A stretch of DNA of 64,000 nt, taken from assembly GCA_951406725.2 (NCBI GenBank), contig OX597824.1:74834001-74898000 (forward strand), in the 5' to 3' direction. Under the pieces are notes generated by a model. That model was not told where the DNA came from. It ran no database searches and saw only the letters and a list, made by a program, of their open reading frames with translations. Every line of letters begins with the position of its first letter. Positions within the stretch are counted from its first letter, which is position 1. The stretch comes from Octopus vulgaris. Lineage: Eukaryota. Positions 29,599 through 43,299 of this stretch are shown here, piece after piece. Position numbers and translations under genes: made by a program.

Positions 29599-29710
29599 AT
29601 AAAAACCTAACGAAAACTACAGGGAGAAATATATTTATGATGAATAGATCCAAACACTTTACTGTTACACACACACTAATATATACATCTATATACACAC
29701 ACACACGCAC

Positions 29711-29748
<38 letters not shown>

Positions 29749-29995
29749 GTATGTATATGCAAGGTGGCAGATGGAGAATAAAAACAGTAAAAATTTTCAG
29801 CCATAAAAATGTTATCATAAATTTCATTATGGGGAAAAAAAAATTAACAATGTTTTAAAAGCCATTTCAATGCGTATTTAACTCATTTCTTTTCTTAAGG
29901 CTTCGATTAAAAACTAATGGATGCAGGTCTTTAAAGTGACTTTTTACAACGCAGAGAAGCTTATTTTCTTCAACACAACAATAAAAGAATATCGC

Positions 29996-30059
<64 letters not shown>

Positions 30060-30082
30060 GTATGTATGTATGTATATATATG

Positions 30083-30189
<107 letters not shown>

Positions 30190-30503
30190 CATGTATATAT
30201 ATATATATATTTAAATAATTCCAAGTATCATGATATGCCAATTCTCATTTTCTTCGTTGTTGGATTTGTCTCCTTATTTCTTTCTTCTCCATTTTTTTTC
30301 TTCTAAATTCTTGCACCTTTACTTTTACAATATTTTTTTTTTTTTCCAAACAGAAATCTTTGTTTAAATTATTTAGATACTTATTTATTTTATTTATTTG
30401 TCCTTTCAAAAAAAAAAAATGTTTCTACGTTTAGGGAACTTGTAAACATATTTGTTCTGAAATCCCATGTTTCAATTTTTACAACAACAAAAACAACAGC
30501 AGC

Positions 30504-30616
<113 letters not shown>

Positions 30617-32246
30617 TCTGTATGTTATATATACTTGTTAGTCCTGGTATTTTTGTTATGTATTTGTCTGGATATTTTTTTTTATCATACCTAATGTGCC
30701 TACTATGATAGGAATTGTTTCTGTTTTTAAATTCCACATTCGAGTTACCTCTATATCCAAATCTTTGTATTTTGAAAGTTTCTCCGTTTCTTTATGATTC
30801 AGTGCGACCAAGTACTTATAGCACGTGTTTTCTATATGTTTCATAACCTCCCCCGACGGTATCGCTAGCCTGTCCATATATTTGATTTTACCTCTCTTCA
30901 AGACTAACAAACCACACTTTTCAGTCCGAATTGCATTCTGATATCAGTACCGAAAGTATACACCGTGTGAAAGCGGGAACTGACTTCGGATTCATCTTTA
31001 CCATAAAGTTTGAGGTCATCCATGAATAACAAGTGGTTGACTTTTTGTTGGCGGCTTTTGAATACATACACAGCTTTTGCTTTCCTCAAAGTCAGTGTTA
31101 GTGGTATCATGCAAAGTACAAAAAGCAGTGGGACAGGCAATCCCTTTAGAAGATGCCTCTCCTGATTTCTATTGTCCCTAAACTTCTTCCATATGCTGTC
31201 AGGTCCGTCCTCCAATTCGCCATACTTTTCCCAAGCAATCGCTCCACATTCGATGTAGTACCAAAATAGGTTCATACATTCCATAATCCAAGAATGCAGG
31301 ATCATATCGTACGCCTTACGATAATCGACCCATGACATGGCTAAGTTATTTCTCCTCCTACCGCAGTCTCTAAGTGCAGTTTTGTCTACCAGGAGTTGAT
31401 CCTTGGTACCTCTGCACTTACGCTTGCAACCTTTCTGCTCATGTGGCAAGACTCCATTTTTTTTCCAGATGTCCGCACATTGACTCTGCGACTTTTCAAA
31501 TCAATAATTTCCACATGAGTGATAAGGAGGATATCGGCCTGTAATTGTCTACCGTATTGCCTTTTTTGATATTTTTCAAGCACTGCACTGTCCTATCCAT
31601 TGTCAACAACTCTGGTGTTACTTGGTCGGCATTTAACAAGGTATTGAGTTTTGCAGCTATTCGTGCATGATATTCACCAAATCTTTTGATCCAGTAGCCT
31701 TGAACTCCATCTGGTCCCAGAACCTTCCAGTTGCCCATTTTATTATTTTTTTTTTGCTGATTTCCTTCACTTCCCTAACTGAGATGAATAGTTCTCTCTG
31801 TTTAGGACAGACTACTGTTTATTTCAGTTCCTGCAACCATTCATCATCCTTCTTGTGTTCCTTGTTTTTGTTCCAGATGTCACTCCAAAGTATTTGACTT
31901 TCAATGTTATCTGGTATTAACTTTTCATCTGTACATCCTCCATTTATTTCTTTATAGAATCTCTTCTGATCTACTCTGAATAACCTGTTCTGGTGGTAAC
32001 CCTTCATTCTTTGGTCGTATCTTACCATCTTTGCTTTCTTTGCAACTAGGCGCTGTTTCAGTTCACCCATTACCACATTCAGGCCCTTTTTTTCAATATC
32101 ATATCTCCTGTTCAGTACCATGTATTTGTGTTCGCTTTTAAGCTCCCTCTTCCCTTTTTGGTCAAACACAGAAATGTCCTTCGAGAGCATGTCTAACCCC
32201 ACTTGTATTCTTCTTTTGCACCATGGATCTTTTCTTTTGTCATCCC

Positions 32247-32247
<1 letters not shown>
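30617..32247 (-). mobile_element. R4/Dong-clade LINE fragment (RT plus C-terminal RLE remnant), frameshifted
   Basis: [75 protein letters not shown]...IPIIVGTLG; flanked by (TAA)n/(TAG)n arrays. Confidence 0.88.
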
Positions 32248-32319
<72 letters not shown>

Positions 32320-32321
32320 TT

Positions 32322-32389
<68 letters not shown>

Positions 32390-33144
32390 ATAATAATAAT
32401 AATAATAATAATTTTGGTCATTATTTATAAGTACGTGCATTCATCATTATTTTATATATTTTATTCAATTTTAGGAAAGTTGGTGTTTCACTTTGAAAAT
32501 TCCACACCGTATTGAACTTATTTTGTGCGTGATTTTTAGCACATCCTGTGTATATATATATATGCATACATACATGCATGCAAACATACATGTAAATATA
32601 TATGCACAACTCTGTATGTATGTATACATATATATACATAACTATTTGATTACATAACTAGTACTCTTTATATGATAAAGATATACACACATGCATAACT
32701 CATACATAGATATAAACATACCTACATATATATATATATATAAGTGTTTCAAAGTGACAAAAAGAAGCAACATTGTTGCGCATATTTACGTCATTTTGTA
32801 AGAATATTTATTGGTTCTTAAGTCTTCATTTTGTTGAAGAATGAAAAATGGTGAAATTCTATTTATGTATTGTTTTTCTAACACTAAATCAATTTTACTT
32901 TGTCATTTTATTTCACACCAGGCAAGTGTGTTTCAGAACAGTTTGTTGAAATATTTGAGTTATTACCGCGTTGGACAAAATGTGTTTGCCGTATATAATT
33001 TTTTTTCTTGTGTGTGTGTGTGTTTTGCATTCAAAACATGTCCAGTCATTCAACTTTGTCTTTCATGTATGCGGTGAGTAGGAGTTCAATAAACTATTGT
33101 CTTAATTATTGTTATAATAATTGTCTTAATTATTATCTTTTGGT

Positions 33145-33750
33145 AAGGCGGCGAGCTGGCAGAAACCTTAGCACGCCGGGCGAAATACGTAGCTGTATTT
33201 CGTCTGCCGTTACGTTCTAAGCTTTCATCCTTCCGGGGTCGATAAATTAAAAAGGCGGCGAGCTGGCAGAAACGTTAGCACGCCGGGCGAAATGCGAAGC
33301 CGTATTTCGTCTGCGTTACGTTGTGAGTTCAAATTCCGCCGAGGTCGACTTTGCCTTTCATCCTTTCGGGGTCGATAAATTAAATACCAGTTACGCACTG
33401 AGGTCGATGTAATCGACTTAATACCTATGCCTGTCCTTGTTTGTCCCCTCTGTGTTTAGCCCCTTGTGGGTAATAAAGAACTAGGTATTTCGTCTGTCTT
33501 TACGTTCTGAGTTCAAATTCTGCCGAGGTCGACTTTGCATTTCGGGGTCGATAAATTAAGTACCAGTTGCGTACTGGGGTCGATCTAATGGACTGGACCC
33601 CTTCCCAAAAATTTTGGACCTTGTGCCTAGAGTAGAAAAGAAACATTAGCACGCCGATATTTCGTCTGTTTTAACGTTCTGCGTTCAAATTCGGCCGAGG
33701 TCGATAAATTAAGTACCAGTTGCGTACTGGTGTCTATCTAATTTCGGGCC
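33145..33750 (+). mobile_element. SINE family B cluster (nested/multimeric)
   Basis: Multiple heads and cores, two tail types. Confidence 0.85.
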
Positions 33751-33869
33751 TATCTTTTGATGGCTTTTGCCATTGAACTGCAGCCATGCTGAAGCACCAC
33801 ATTGAAGGGTTTAGTCGAACAAACTAACCCCTGTGGTTATTTTTATAAAGTCTCTTATTCTATCAGTCT

Positions 33870-34320
33870 CTCTTGTATGCATGAGAATGTATACTAATGT
33901 ATAGAGATGGCTCGATTTTTCTCTACAACAATGCAGGTCGTCACACTCTAAGCTACGCTCCAAAAGTTGCAAATCCTGAATTTCGACATTTTGCAATATC
34001 CTCCCTATTTTTCTGATATCTCTCCTACTGATCATCACTTATCTAAGCATTTTGGGCTTTTGGGCTTTTCATAAGCAATAAAACATTCTTAAATAGAGAA
34101 GAGGTAATTGAAGCATTCGGACAATTTATCACAGCAATGGATGAATTTTTTTTTATTTTTTTTTTTTTGAAGATGGAATATATGACATAGAGAAACGCTG
34201 AGTAAAGGTCATAAATGAACGTGGATCATACTTTGATAAAATAAATCAGTTCTCTAACACTCCTGAAACATTTTATTGTTACCTTTCAGATACGACATTT
34301 CATGTGAAACCACCTAATAC
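33870..34320 (+). mobile_element. Decayed mariner 3' fragment
   Basis: C-terminal remnant FEDGIYDIEKR*VKVINERGSYFDK*. Confidence 0.5.
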
Positions 34321-35079
34321 ATACGAGGTGCAGCAAAATCCTCCCATATTTTAAATGTTGGCAAACGTTTCAAGAGCAAGCGCACGGTGGGTACTAGTCT
34401 AAAAGATAATGGCTGCTGAAAAAACATTAGCCACATGGAAACACCATTGTTATCTGCATAACTTTACTAGCGCTACACCATAATATGAAAAGTTTTTTTT
34501 CCTTGTCACGACCTGTATTTAAACAGATATATCAATATATCGGTCAATACTGAATTTTATTAAATTTTTATTTTCTTTTGCAGCTTACGTGTACTTCGTT
34601 TCTTGCCTTTCTTTTTCTCTCTCTGTCTTGCATTTCTTTCTTTCTCTCATGTTCCTTTCTTCCTTTCTTTATTTCATTTATATGTAACTATATTTCGATG
34701 ATGTTATTTATTCTGTCTGTTTAAAGAACGGGTCGTGCACTAGTTCTGATAACGATCGGTCTCAACACTAAAGATATGATTTTTAACCGACTAAAATTTC
34801 TTGGCTTATAAACATCGATTACATTACCGCCCGCTTTACTGTTGAATTTTCTTGCTGTAGATGTCTCCGAATATTTCTCATCCTTCGTTCAATTATTCAA
34901 GTTCTAAACGCCACTCATCCACAAAACTCTGTTATGCTTCTCTTGTATCTAAATACTGCAATTACGGTTTCGCTGATTTACTAAGAAGGTCTAATTAGAC
35001 CGAAGCATGCCTGGAGTTGTCACCGTATTACTAAATATATTAATCGCTCCCCACTCTATTTGATATTCAATTAATCTTA

Positions 35080-35310
35080 TTTCTTTAGTGCCCACAAGGG
35101 GCTACACACAGATGGGACAAACAAGGACAGACAAACGGATTAAGTCGATTATATCGACCCCAGTGCGTAACTGGTACTTATTTAATCGACCCTGAAAGGA
35201 TGAAAGACAAAGTCGACCTCGACGGAATTTGAACTCAGAACGTAGCGGCAGACGAAATACCGCTATGCATTTCGCCCTGAGTGTTAACTTTTCTGCCAGC
35301 TCGCTGCCTT
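35080..35310 (-). mobile_element. SINE family B monomer with 11-bp TSD
   Basis: TSD AATTAATCTTA at 35069-35079 and 35311-35321. Confidence 0.9.
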
Positions 35311-36189
35311 AATTAATCTTAATGAGTTAGCATTTTTCGACCTTCGATATCAAATTTTCTATATCAGTGTCAGTATTGTCCAAAGGCTCTTATTATTATT
35401 TAAGTCAATAGGTTGTAATATGAGAGAGATTTGGACGCCATTTCTAGCATACCTCGTAATACCTGCAAAGACTCGTAAAAGACACGTTCCTGTCTAATTC
35501 AATAGACGATATATCGATATATCAATATATAGGCTTTGCTTTTATTTAAGTAAAGTCTAATTTTGATTAAGCTATATAAAACAAAGATCGAACATTTGTT
35601 TCTAGCATATGCACACATAACGCCATAAATAAGGTGGGAGTGAATAGCTAATCATATCAACACCTTGTATTTGACTGGTGCTTTATTTCATCGTTCGAGG
35701 AATTCGGTGACAAAACGATAATAAAATAAAGTACCAGTTAAATACTAAGATTACGGAGATGTACTCGCATAGCAAGTGATTTGATCTGAGATCGTGTGCT
35801 GGAACGAAAACAATTGCAGCGTGGAAGGTGTTTGCAAGCCATTTAAAACATTTTGTGTGTTTTTTAAATGGCTTACAAACACCTTTCACACTGCAGTTAA
35901 ATACTGATGTTGATTTAATTAATAATACTTTTTCTCTAAATTATCAATTATATATTTCACAAAAATTACAGAGTAGAAACTGAAAGGGAGTTATATGGGG
36001 GAAATAGGAGTAGGAGGGCTTTCTTTACTCAGCAGTGGGAAAAAATTGATTGATATGATTAAGTAATTTATTGAGCCAGAAAAAAGGAAATGTAAATTTG
36101 ACCTAGACTGGATTTGAATTCGGAAACAAAGAAACTCTGGCTAAATAGCGTAAAATATTATTTCCGACTCCTTATCAATTCTGCCAATC

Positions 36190-36412
36190 TATTTCTTTAC
36201 TACCCACAAGGGGATAAATACAGAGAGAACAAACAAACGGATTAAGTCTATTATATCGACCCCAGTGCGTAACTGGTACTTATTTAATCGACCCCGAAAG
36301 GATGAAAGGTAAAGTCGACCTCGGCGGAATTTGAACTCAGAACGTAGCGGCAGATGAAATACCGCTAAGCATTTCGCCCGACGTGCTAACGTTTCTGCCA
36401 GCTCACCGCCAG
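36190..36412 (-). mobile_element. SINE family B monomer nested in an older family-B copy
   Basis: Full monomer; degenerate family-B body at ~36030-36190 and head remnant at 36412-36424. Confidence 0.8.
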
Positions 36413-37111
36413 TCTACTGCCTCACATTTTAATTTAGCTTTGTCTAGAATCCTTTTTATTCTTGCGCTCTGTGGTCATATAGGTAATGATCGTTATTCCT
36501 ATGTCTAAAAAAATTTGTGTGAAAACCATAGGCTGTGAGCTGAGAACGATTTGACCGCTGTTTTTAGAGTGGGGCTGTGTGGATGCATATGCGTATGTGT
36601 TAGCGTATGTATTGGTTTATTGGCTAACGGTAAACCTATATTTGATATATCAATAGATTATTGGTGGAAAATAAAGATGAAAAAAGTCTCAGATTGATTA
36701 AACTCTGTGTGTGTATGTGTGTGCATAAAAGGGAGAATATGAAAATGGTTGAGTGTATTTTTGCTGTTTTATTTCTTGTTGTGGAAGTTTGTGTTGTTAA
36801 ATTTTCCGTGTGTCGGTTTATGGTTTATTCATCAATTCAATGATCAATATTTTTAAAAATACGAAGGCGAAGAGCAGGCAGAATCATTAGCATGCCAGGC
36901 AAAATGCGTAGCGGTGGCATCTTTCGATGCCACCTCGCCGGCTAAGCGGTCGCTTCCACGAATGAGGGCTCAGAAAGACACAACTGCATAGTGTAAGACT
37001 GTGGAAAACGACCAACGCCCTATGGCTATTAATGCTCAGAATTAAAGCTGAAGACTTCCTGTTGCATCTTCTACCTGTACTTCATTACCTTTTTCCCTAT
37101 GCCACTGGACA

Positions 37112-37494
37112 GGTGCAATGGCCCAGTGGTTAGGGCAGCGGACTCGCGGTCATAGGATCGCGGTTTCGATTCCCAGACCGGGCGTTGTGAGTGTTTATTG
37201 AGCGAAAACACCTAAAGCTCCACGAGGCTCCGGCAAGGGATGGTGGTGATCCCTGCTGTACTCTTTCGCCACAACTTTCTCTCACTCTTACTTCCTGTTT
37301 CTGTTGTACCTGTATTTCAAAGGGCCGGCCTTGTCACTCTCTGTATCACGCTGAATATCCCCGAGAACTACGTTAAGGGTGCACGTGTCTGTGGAGTGCT
37401 CAGCCACTTACACGTTAATTTCACGAGCAGGCTGTTCCGTTGATTCGGATCAACCGGAACCCTCGTCGTCGTAACCGACGGAGTGCTTCCATCC
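37112..37494 (+). mobile_element. SINE family C, full length with 13-bp TSD
   Basis: TSD ATGCCACTGGACA at 37099-37111 and 37495-37507; A box TGGCCCAGTGG, B box GGTTTCGATTCC. Confidence 0.92.
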
Positions 37495-37758
37495 ATGCCA
37501 CTGGACATCTGAAAAAAATGCGATGGCGTTGGTGTTGGTGCCTTCGTTTGCTGAACAATCTGCACAATGAGTATTATTATAGTGGACAAGATTTGCGCAG
37601 AGCCAAACCAGCTCCCTGGTCCTTCAAACTTGTATTGGTCTGGTGCAATAGTTGCCACGAGTCAAATAATTATAGGGATGCAGGATTTGTATGGAGATAC
37701 CTTCTCTTAGATGAGCAGCTAAAGAGCTGAAGAACTTCATCTACCCTGACTATATATA

Positions 37759-39027
37759 CAGGGGTTGGACAAAATAATGGAAACACTTTAAAGTTTCAAA
37801 CAAATTTATTCTGATATGGCGTAGGACCGCCTTTGACAGTAGTTACATCTTGAATTATTCTATGAGGTATAGACTCGTACAAAGTTTGAATTGTTTCCAA
37901 AGGAATTTTTGTCCATTCTTCAGCTAAAACAGTCTCCAGTTCTTGTAGCGATGATGGCGGAGGATATCGACTCCTAACTTGTTTTTCTAAAATGCACATA
38001 AATGTTCAATAATATTGAGATCTGGGGATTGTGATGGCCAGATGAGATGTTCAACTTCACTAGAATGTTCCTCGTGCCATTCAGTAACAACTTTAGCTGT
38101 GTGAATTGTTGCATTATCATCCTGAAAGATTGCGTTTCTCTCCGGAAATAGTTCTGCAACCTTAAGATGAATTTGATCAGATAAAATACTTAAATAGTCT
38201 TGACTATTAATTCTACTATGAAGGGAAACCATTGGGTCGGCGGATTTCCAAGATCATCATAGATCCTCCTCCGTGTTTAGCAGATCATCATAGATCCTCC
38301 TCCATGTTTAACAGTTGGAAGAAGGCAGTCTGGGTCAAATGCATCTTTTGGCTGTCTCTACACGTATACTCAGCCGATGGTCGGAAATAAGGTAAAGGAT
38401 AACTCGTCCGAGAAAATAACATTCTTCCACTATTCTAGGGACCAATTCTGTAGGTTTTTACTCCACTCTGAACACTTTACAAAGTTTGTTTTTGAAAGTA
38501 GTGGTTTTCTGATTGCAGCGCTCCCGTGAAATCCGGCTTTGTGCAGCTCCTGGCGAATAGTTTTTGTGGAGACTGGGTTCTCGAGGTGGTCAGTAAGCTC
38601 TACAGTACTTTTGTGATCCTTTCTAATAATTCGCGTCAGAGTCCCTATCTGAAAGTTGTGGTTTTCTTCCGAAGTTTTGTTTCGACGCGGAGGTTTTCCT
38701 TCTTTCTCAAAGGCTGTCATTACTTTCGAGACAGTACTTCTTGATACACCAAACATTTCGGCTGTTTTCGTTACGTTAGCGCCTGCCGTACAAGCACCAA
38801 CAATTTGACCTCTTTGAAAGTCCCATAGATCTGTCATTTGAATGAATTTTAATTAGCTTTTTCTGATGATATCTGAAAAGTAACAGCAATTTTAGCAAAA
38901 CATATTAAGCAACACTAATAATAAATAAAAAAACATAAAAAATAAACAAGCTTTTGATGGTTCTATAGATATTTCAAAATTATGATTCAATGATGCTAGG
39001 TGTTTCCATTATTTTGTCCAACCCCTG
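37759..39027 (-). mobile_element. Full-length Tc1-like transposon, DD36E, pseudogenised transposase
   Basis: Perfect 28-bp TIRs CAGGGGTTGGACAAAATAATGGAAACAC (37759-37786; 39000-39027), TA on both sides; VIFSDE, FQDDNATIH...SPDLNIIE (36 aa spacing), C-terminal KGGPTPY. Confidence 0.95.
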
Positions 39028-39037
39028 TATATACATA

Positions 39038-39163
<126 letters not shown>

Positions 39164-40100
39164 CTAGCTGAATTACCTGGTAATACCCGAAAAAGCAGGG
39201 GTTATTTCCAGTTCCCATTCTCGTTACATTGTTTCATGTCCTATCCCGATCCCTGTTCAGTTTCCATTTTAGTTCCGCTCCCATTCTTATCCCTAATCCT
39301 ATATCAATATGTACATACAGGTAATTACAAGTTTAAAATGGTGTATAGTAGACATATGTATGTATATATGAATGTATGTATGTATGCATATATGTATGCA
39401 TGTATGTATGTATGTATGTATGTATGTATGTATGTATGTATGTATGTATGTATGTATGTATGTATGTATGTATGTATGTATGTATGTATGTATGTATGTA
39501 TGTATGTATGTATGTATGTATGTATGTATGTATGTATGTACGTACGTACGTACGTATGTAGGTATATATATATATATGTATGTATGTATGTATGTACGTA
39601 CGTACGTACGTATGTAGGTATATATATATATATATATGTATGTATGTGTGTGTGTTTTTGAATGAGATTTTCTTTGCGATGGATAACAGAAAACACACCT
39701 ATCCCATCTCTCTTTAAAGCTACGTATTCTTCACACTCACCTGTGTGTGTGTGTGTGTGTACGTATTTACGAAGCATGTATGCAGCGTCGTGTGTATATG
39801 ACAACTTTATTAACGTTACCATCCCATTCTGACTGCTGTTCTCGTCTTCACTGATATAACTTACCCTCTCTCTGTTACTACCTCTGTTACAACATTCTCC
39901 TTTTATCATATAATTCGCCCAACGCAATTGGAGGCACATTATGCACTTTTATTGAAATCCAAATAGCCTATTATTGAACTGGATGTTAGTGTCACATGTA
40001 TACAAAGTTTCGTGAATATTGGTTCTGTGATTTAAGAATTAAGTTGGTAACAGTCAGACGGACAGACTGACAATAAGAAGAAATTGCCATTCATATATAT
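39164..40100 (-). mobile_element. Older non-autonomous Helitron with internal (TATG)n
   Basis: ACTAG end with degenerate hairpin; opposite end CAAAGTTTCGTGAATATTGGTT...GACAGAC...AATTGCCATTCATATATA resembles 57050-57154. Confidence 0.5.
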
Positions 40101-40134
<34 letters not shown>

Positions 40135-41324
40135 GTAAGTACATGTATATATATATATATGTATACACTCACGCATTTGTACATACATTATGTGTGTATG
40201 TGTCTGTGTGTATAAAGGCGCGTGACTATGTGGTTAGGGTATTCGGCTGACAATCGTAATGTCGTGAGTTCGATTCCCAGCGGTGTGTCGTGTTCTTGAG
40301 CAAAACACTTTATTTCACTGGGCCCCAGTCTACTCACAAGTCTTTGGTCGGCCCGAGGCTATTGTGGAAGATACTTGCCCAAGGTGCTACGCAATGGGAC
40401 TGAACCCGGAACCACGTGGTTGGGTAGCAAGTTTCTTATCACACAACCACTCCTGCGCCTATTGGCAGACTTAGTTTTCATTCTGTTTTCTACTACGTTC
40501 TATCTTTTCCTTCCTCACCGTTTTGTTTTTCTGCGCACCACCAACTTTCTTTCTACTCCTTTCTGTAGATACTTATAAATCACCTCGCCATGTGTCTGAC
40601 ATCAAATATTATATCTCTGCACGAGAATACAATTAAGTGTTTTCCTGATGATCCATTGCGGTAAAGCATACGAATGTACTTGGAACATCCTATGGTGAGT
40701 TCCGAATGACTGCAATAGTGAAACGTACGTAGGAACTAAATATTTATCATCCTGTCTATCGTAATTTTTCCCTACATATCCTCTGTGTATCTTAACTAGT
40801 AATAGTACAAAGTGTAGCGGTATACTAACAAGTCTTTTGGAAGCTGACTGGATAACGATAATCTATGGGAAGCTATACCTCATTAAATGGTAGCCGTACA
40901 TCTAACTACATGCAGTAAGATACACACACTCACATACACGCGCGCGCACACACACCCGTGTACGCATACGTACTCGCACTCGCACAAACGCAAACACAGA
41001 CGCAGACACACACATATGCACATACACACTCACACACACACATGCTCACAGACATGCATACAGGCACATACATACACACACTCGTACACGCATGCATATA
41101 TACAGACGCAACCACACGCATACACACACACACACAAACTGACACAAACACGCGCGCACATGAACACATACCTACACACACACACATCTTAAAGTTGCAA
41201 CAACAAAAGAAATTTTGCATTATAACTTTTTGAGGTGACAACCAAAAAGAATTTTTTTTTAAATATGTCTATTAAAAAAAGATTCACTACCACTGCAACA
41301 AGAACAAAATCAACAACAACATAA

Positions 41325-41325
41325 T

Positions 41326-41363
<38 letters not shown>

Positions 41364-41399
41364 TAATGACGACTACGATGATGATGATGATAATGATGC

Positions 41400-41452
<53 letters not shown>

Positions 41453-41456
41453 GTGG

Positions 41457-41492
<36 letters not shown>

Positions 41493-41760
41493 CGATGACG
41501 ATGACGACGATGATAATGATACGAGAAAAATAATGATAAAGAAAAAGAAGAAGAAGAAGAAGAAGGAGGAGGAGGAGGAGAAGGAGAAGAAGAAGAAGAA
41601 GAAGAAGAAGAAGATAAAGAAGAAGGAGGAGGAGGAGGAGGAGGAGGAGGAGAAGAAGAAGAAGAAGAAGAAAAAGAAGAAGAAAAAGAAGAAGAAGAAG
41701 AAGAAGAAGAAGAAGAAGAAGAAGAAGAAGAAGAAGAAAAGGAAGAAGAAACGAAGAACA
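41325..41760 (+). repeat. Compound trinucleotide array (AAT)(GAT)(GAA/GGA)
   Basis: Direct inspection. Confidence 0.95.
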
Positions 41761-42024
41761 CTAATATTTCTACCTATAGATTATTCGTACCACCTTGTCA
41801 TTTCAATGTCATAAAGAGTAAACAACAGCAGCAGCAACAACAACAACAACAACAACTTTAACAATAACAACAACAATATCGACAGCCAAAAAATAACAAC
41901 AGCCATGACGTAACATAGACACAAGCTGCATCTGCCTATTTCATTCAATTTCCTGTTTATTGATTACATTTAAAGGTAAATATAAAGAAAAGGGTAAAGA
42001 AAGGTGTAAGGCAGAGAAGAAGCA

Positions 42025-42079
<55 letters not shown>

Positions 42080-42080
42080 C

Positions 42081-42115
<35 letters not shown>

Positions 42116-42524
42116 TAGATTTATAGATAAATAAATACATAGATTGATTTCTAAATTTATAGATGGTAGGGAAAGAAAAAGAAATATACATTCATCATCT
42201 CACATTTATTCAATTTATATTATCATGTGTCTAAGCGACCCTACATCAGTTCATCAAAAATACATCCTGTGCATGCTGAGAAAGGAAAAAAAGAGAAAAA
42301 AGAAAATGGCGGATTTTATTTGATTTTTTTGCATTGAAATTTTTGTCGAAGATTCAGACTAGTTATTTACCTCCATGTGTGGAGAGCCTTCGCTCACCAC
42401 TCCTGTAACGACGAAATGAAAGAAATTCTGAGATAAACATCAAATTGGAATACACCCCCCCGCCCCCCACATACACACCTATCCACACACGCGCGCACGC
42501 ATTACTAATTCATTCTTTAATTCT

Positions 42525-42747
42525 TTTCTTTGTTTTTGTCATTTGACTGCGGCCATGCTGGAGCAGCTCCTTAAAGGGGTTTTTTTTTTTGAGTCGAAGA
42601 AATCGAGCTCAGAACTTATTCTTTGTAGGCCTTGTACTTATTATATCGGTCTGTTTTGCCGAACAGCTATGTCACGTGGACGTGAACACAGCAATATCGT
42701 GAAGCGATGTTGCGGGGACAAACGCAGGCACAAAGTCACACACATAA

Positions 42748-42834
<87 letters not shown>

Positions 42835-42950
42835 ACGGGCTTATTTCAGTTTCCGTCAACCAATTCCACTCACAAGGCCTTGGTTGGTTCGAGGCTGTAG
42901 TAGAAGACAATTGCCCTAGGTGTCACACAGTAGGACTGAGAAGCAAACTT
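42525..42950 (-). mobile_element. SINE family A, diverged
   Basis: Tail and body match family A. Confidence 0.75.
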
Positions 42951-43299
42951 ATATATTTACATAATGAATGCAACTTGATTTTGAGAAATACCTGTGTTTG
43001 ATTTTTCTCTTAAAAGCATGAGCGTTAGGTGTTCGGAAATCTTGCCACACTCGCTGAGACATACCTTCATCTTATCATGGAATTTTCATTGAGAGTTTTC
43101 CGATGATGTTGACTTGCTCTTCTTTTCGGATTATGGCTGCTGTAGCTTAATGAGTGGGATTGACTCAGTGCACAGCCTTTCATCACTTTAAAAAAAAATC
43201 TTCTTGCACAGGCATTGCACGATAACAACATTGATTGATTGATTGCTTGATTGATTGATTGATTGATTTATTGATTAATCGATGATTGTTGAAAGTTCT

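Noticed and set aside
37112-37185. tRNA-like sequence with A and B boxes (also other SINE heads)
   Set aside because: Continues into a SINE body with TSD; not a standalone tRNA gene
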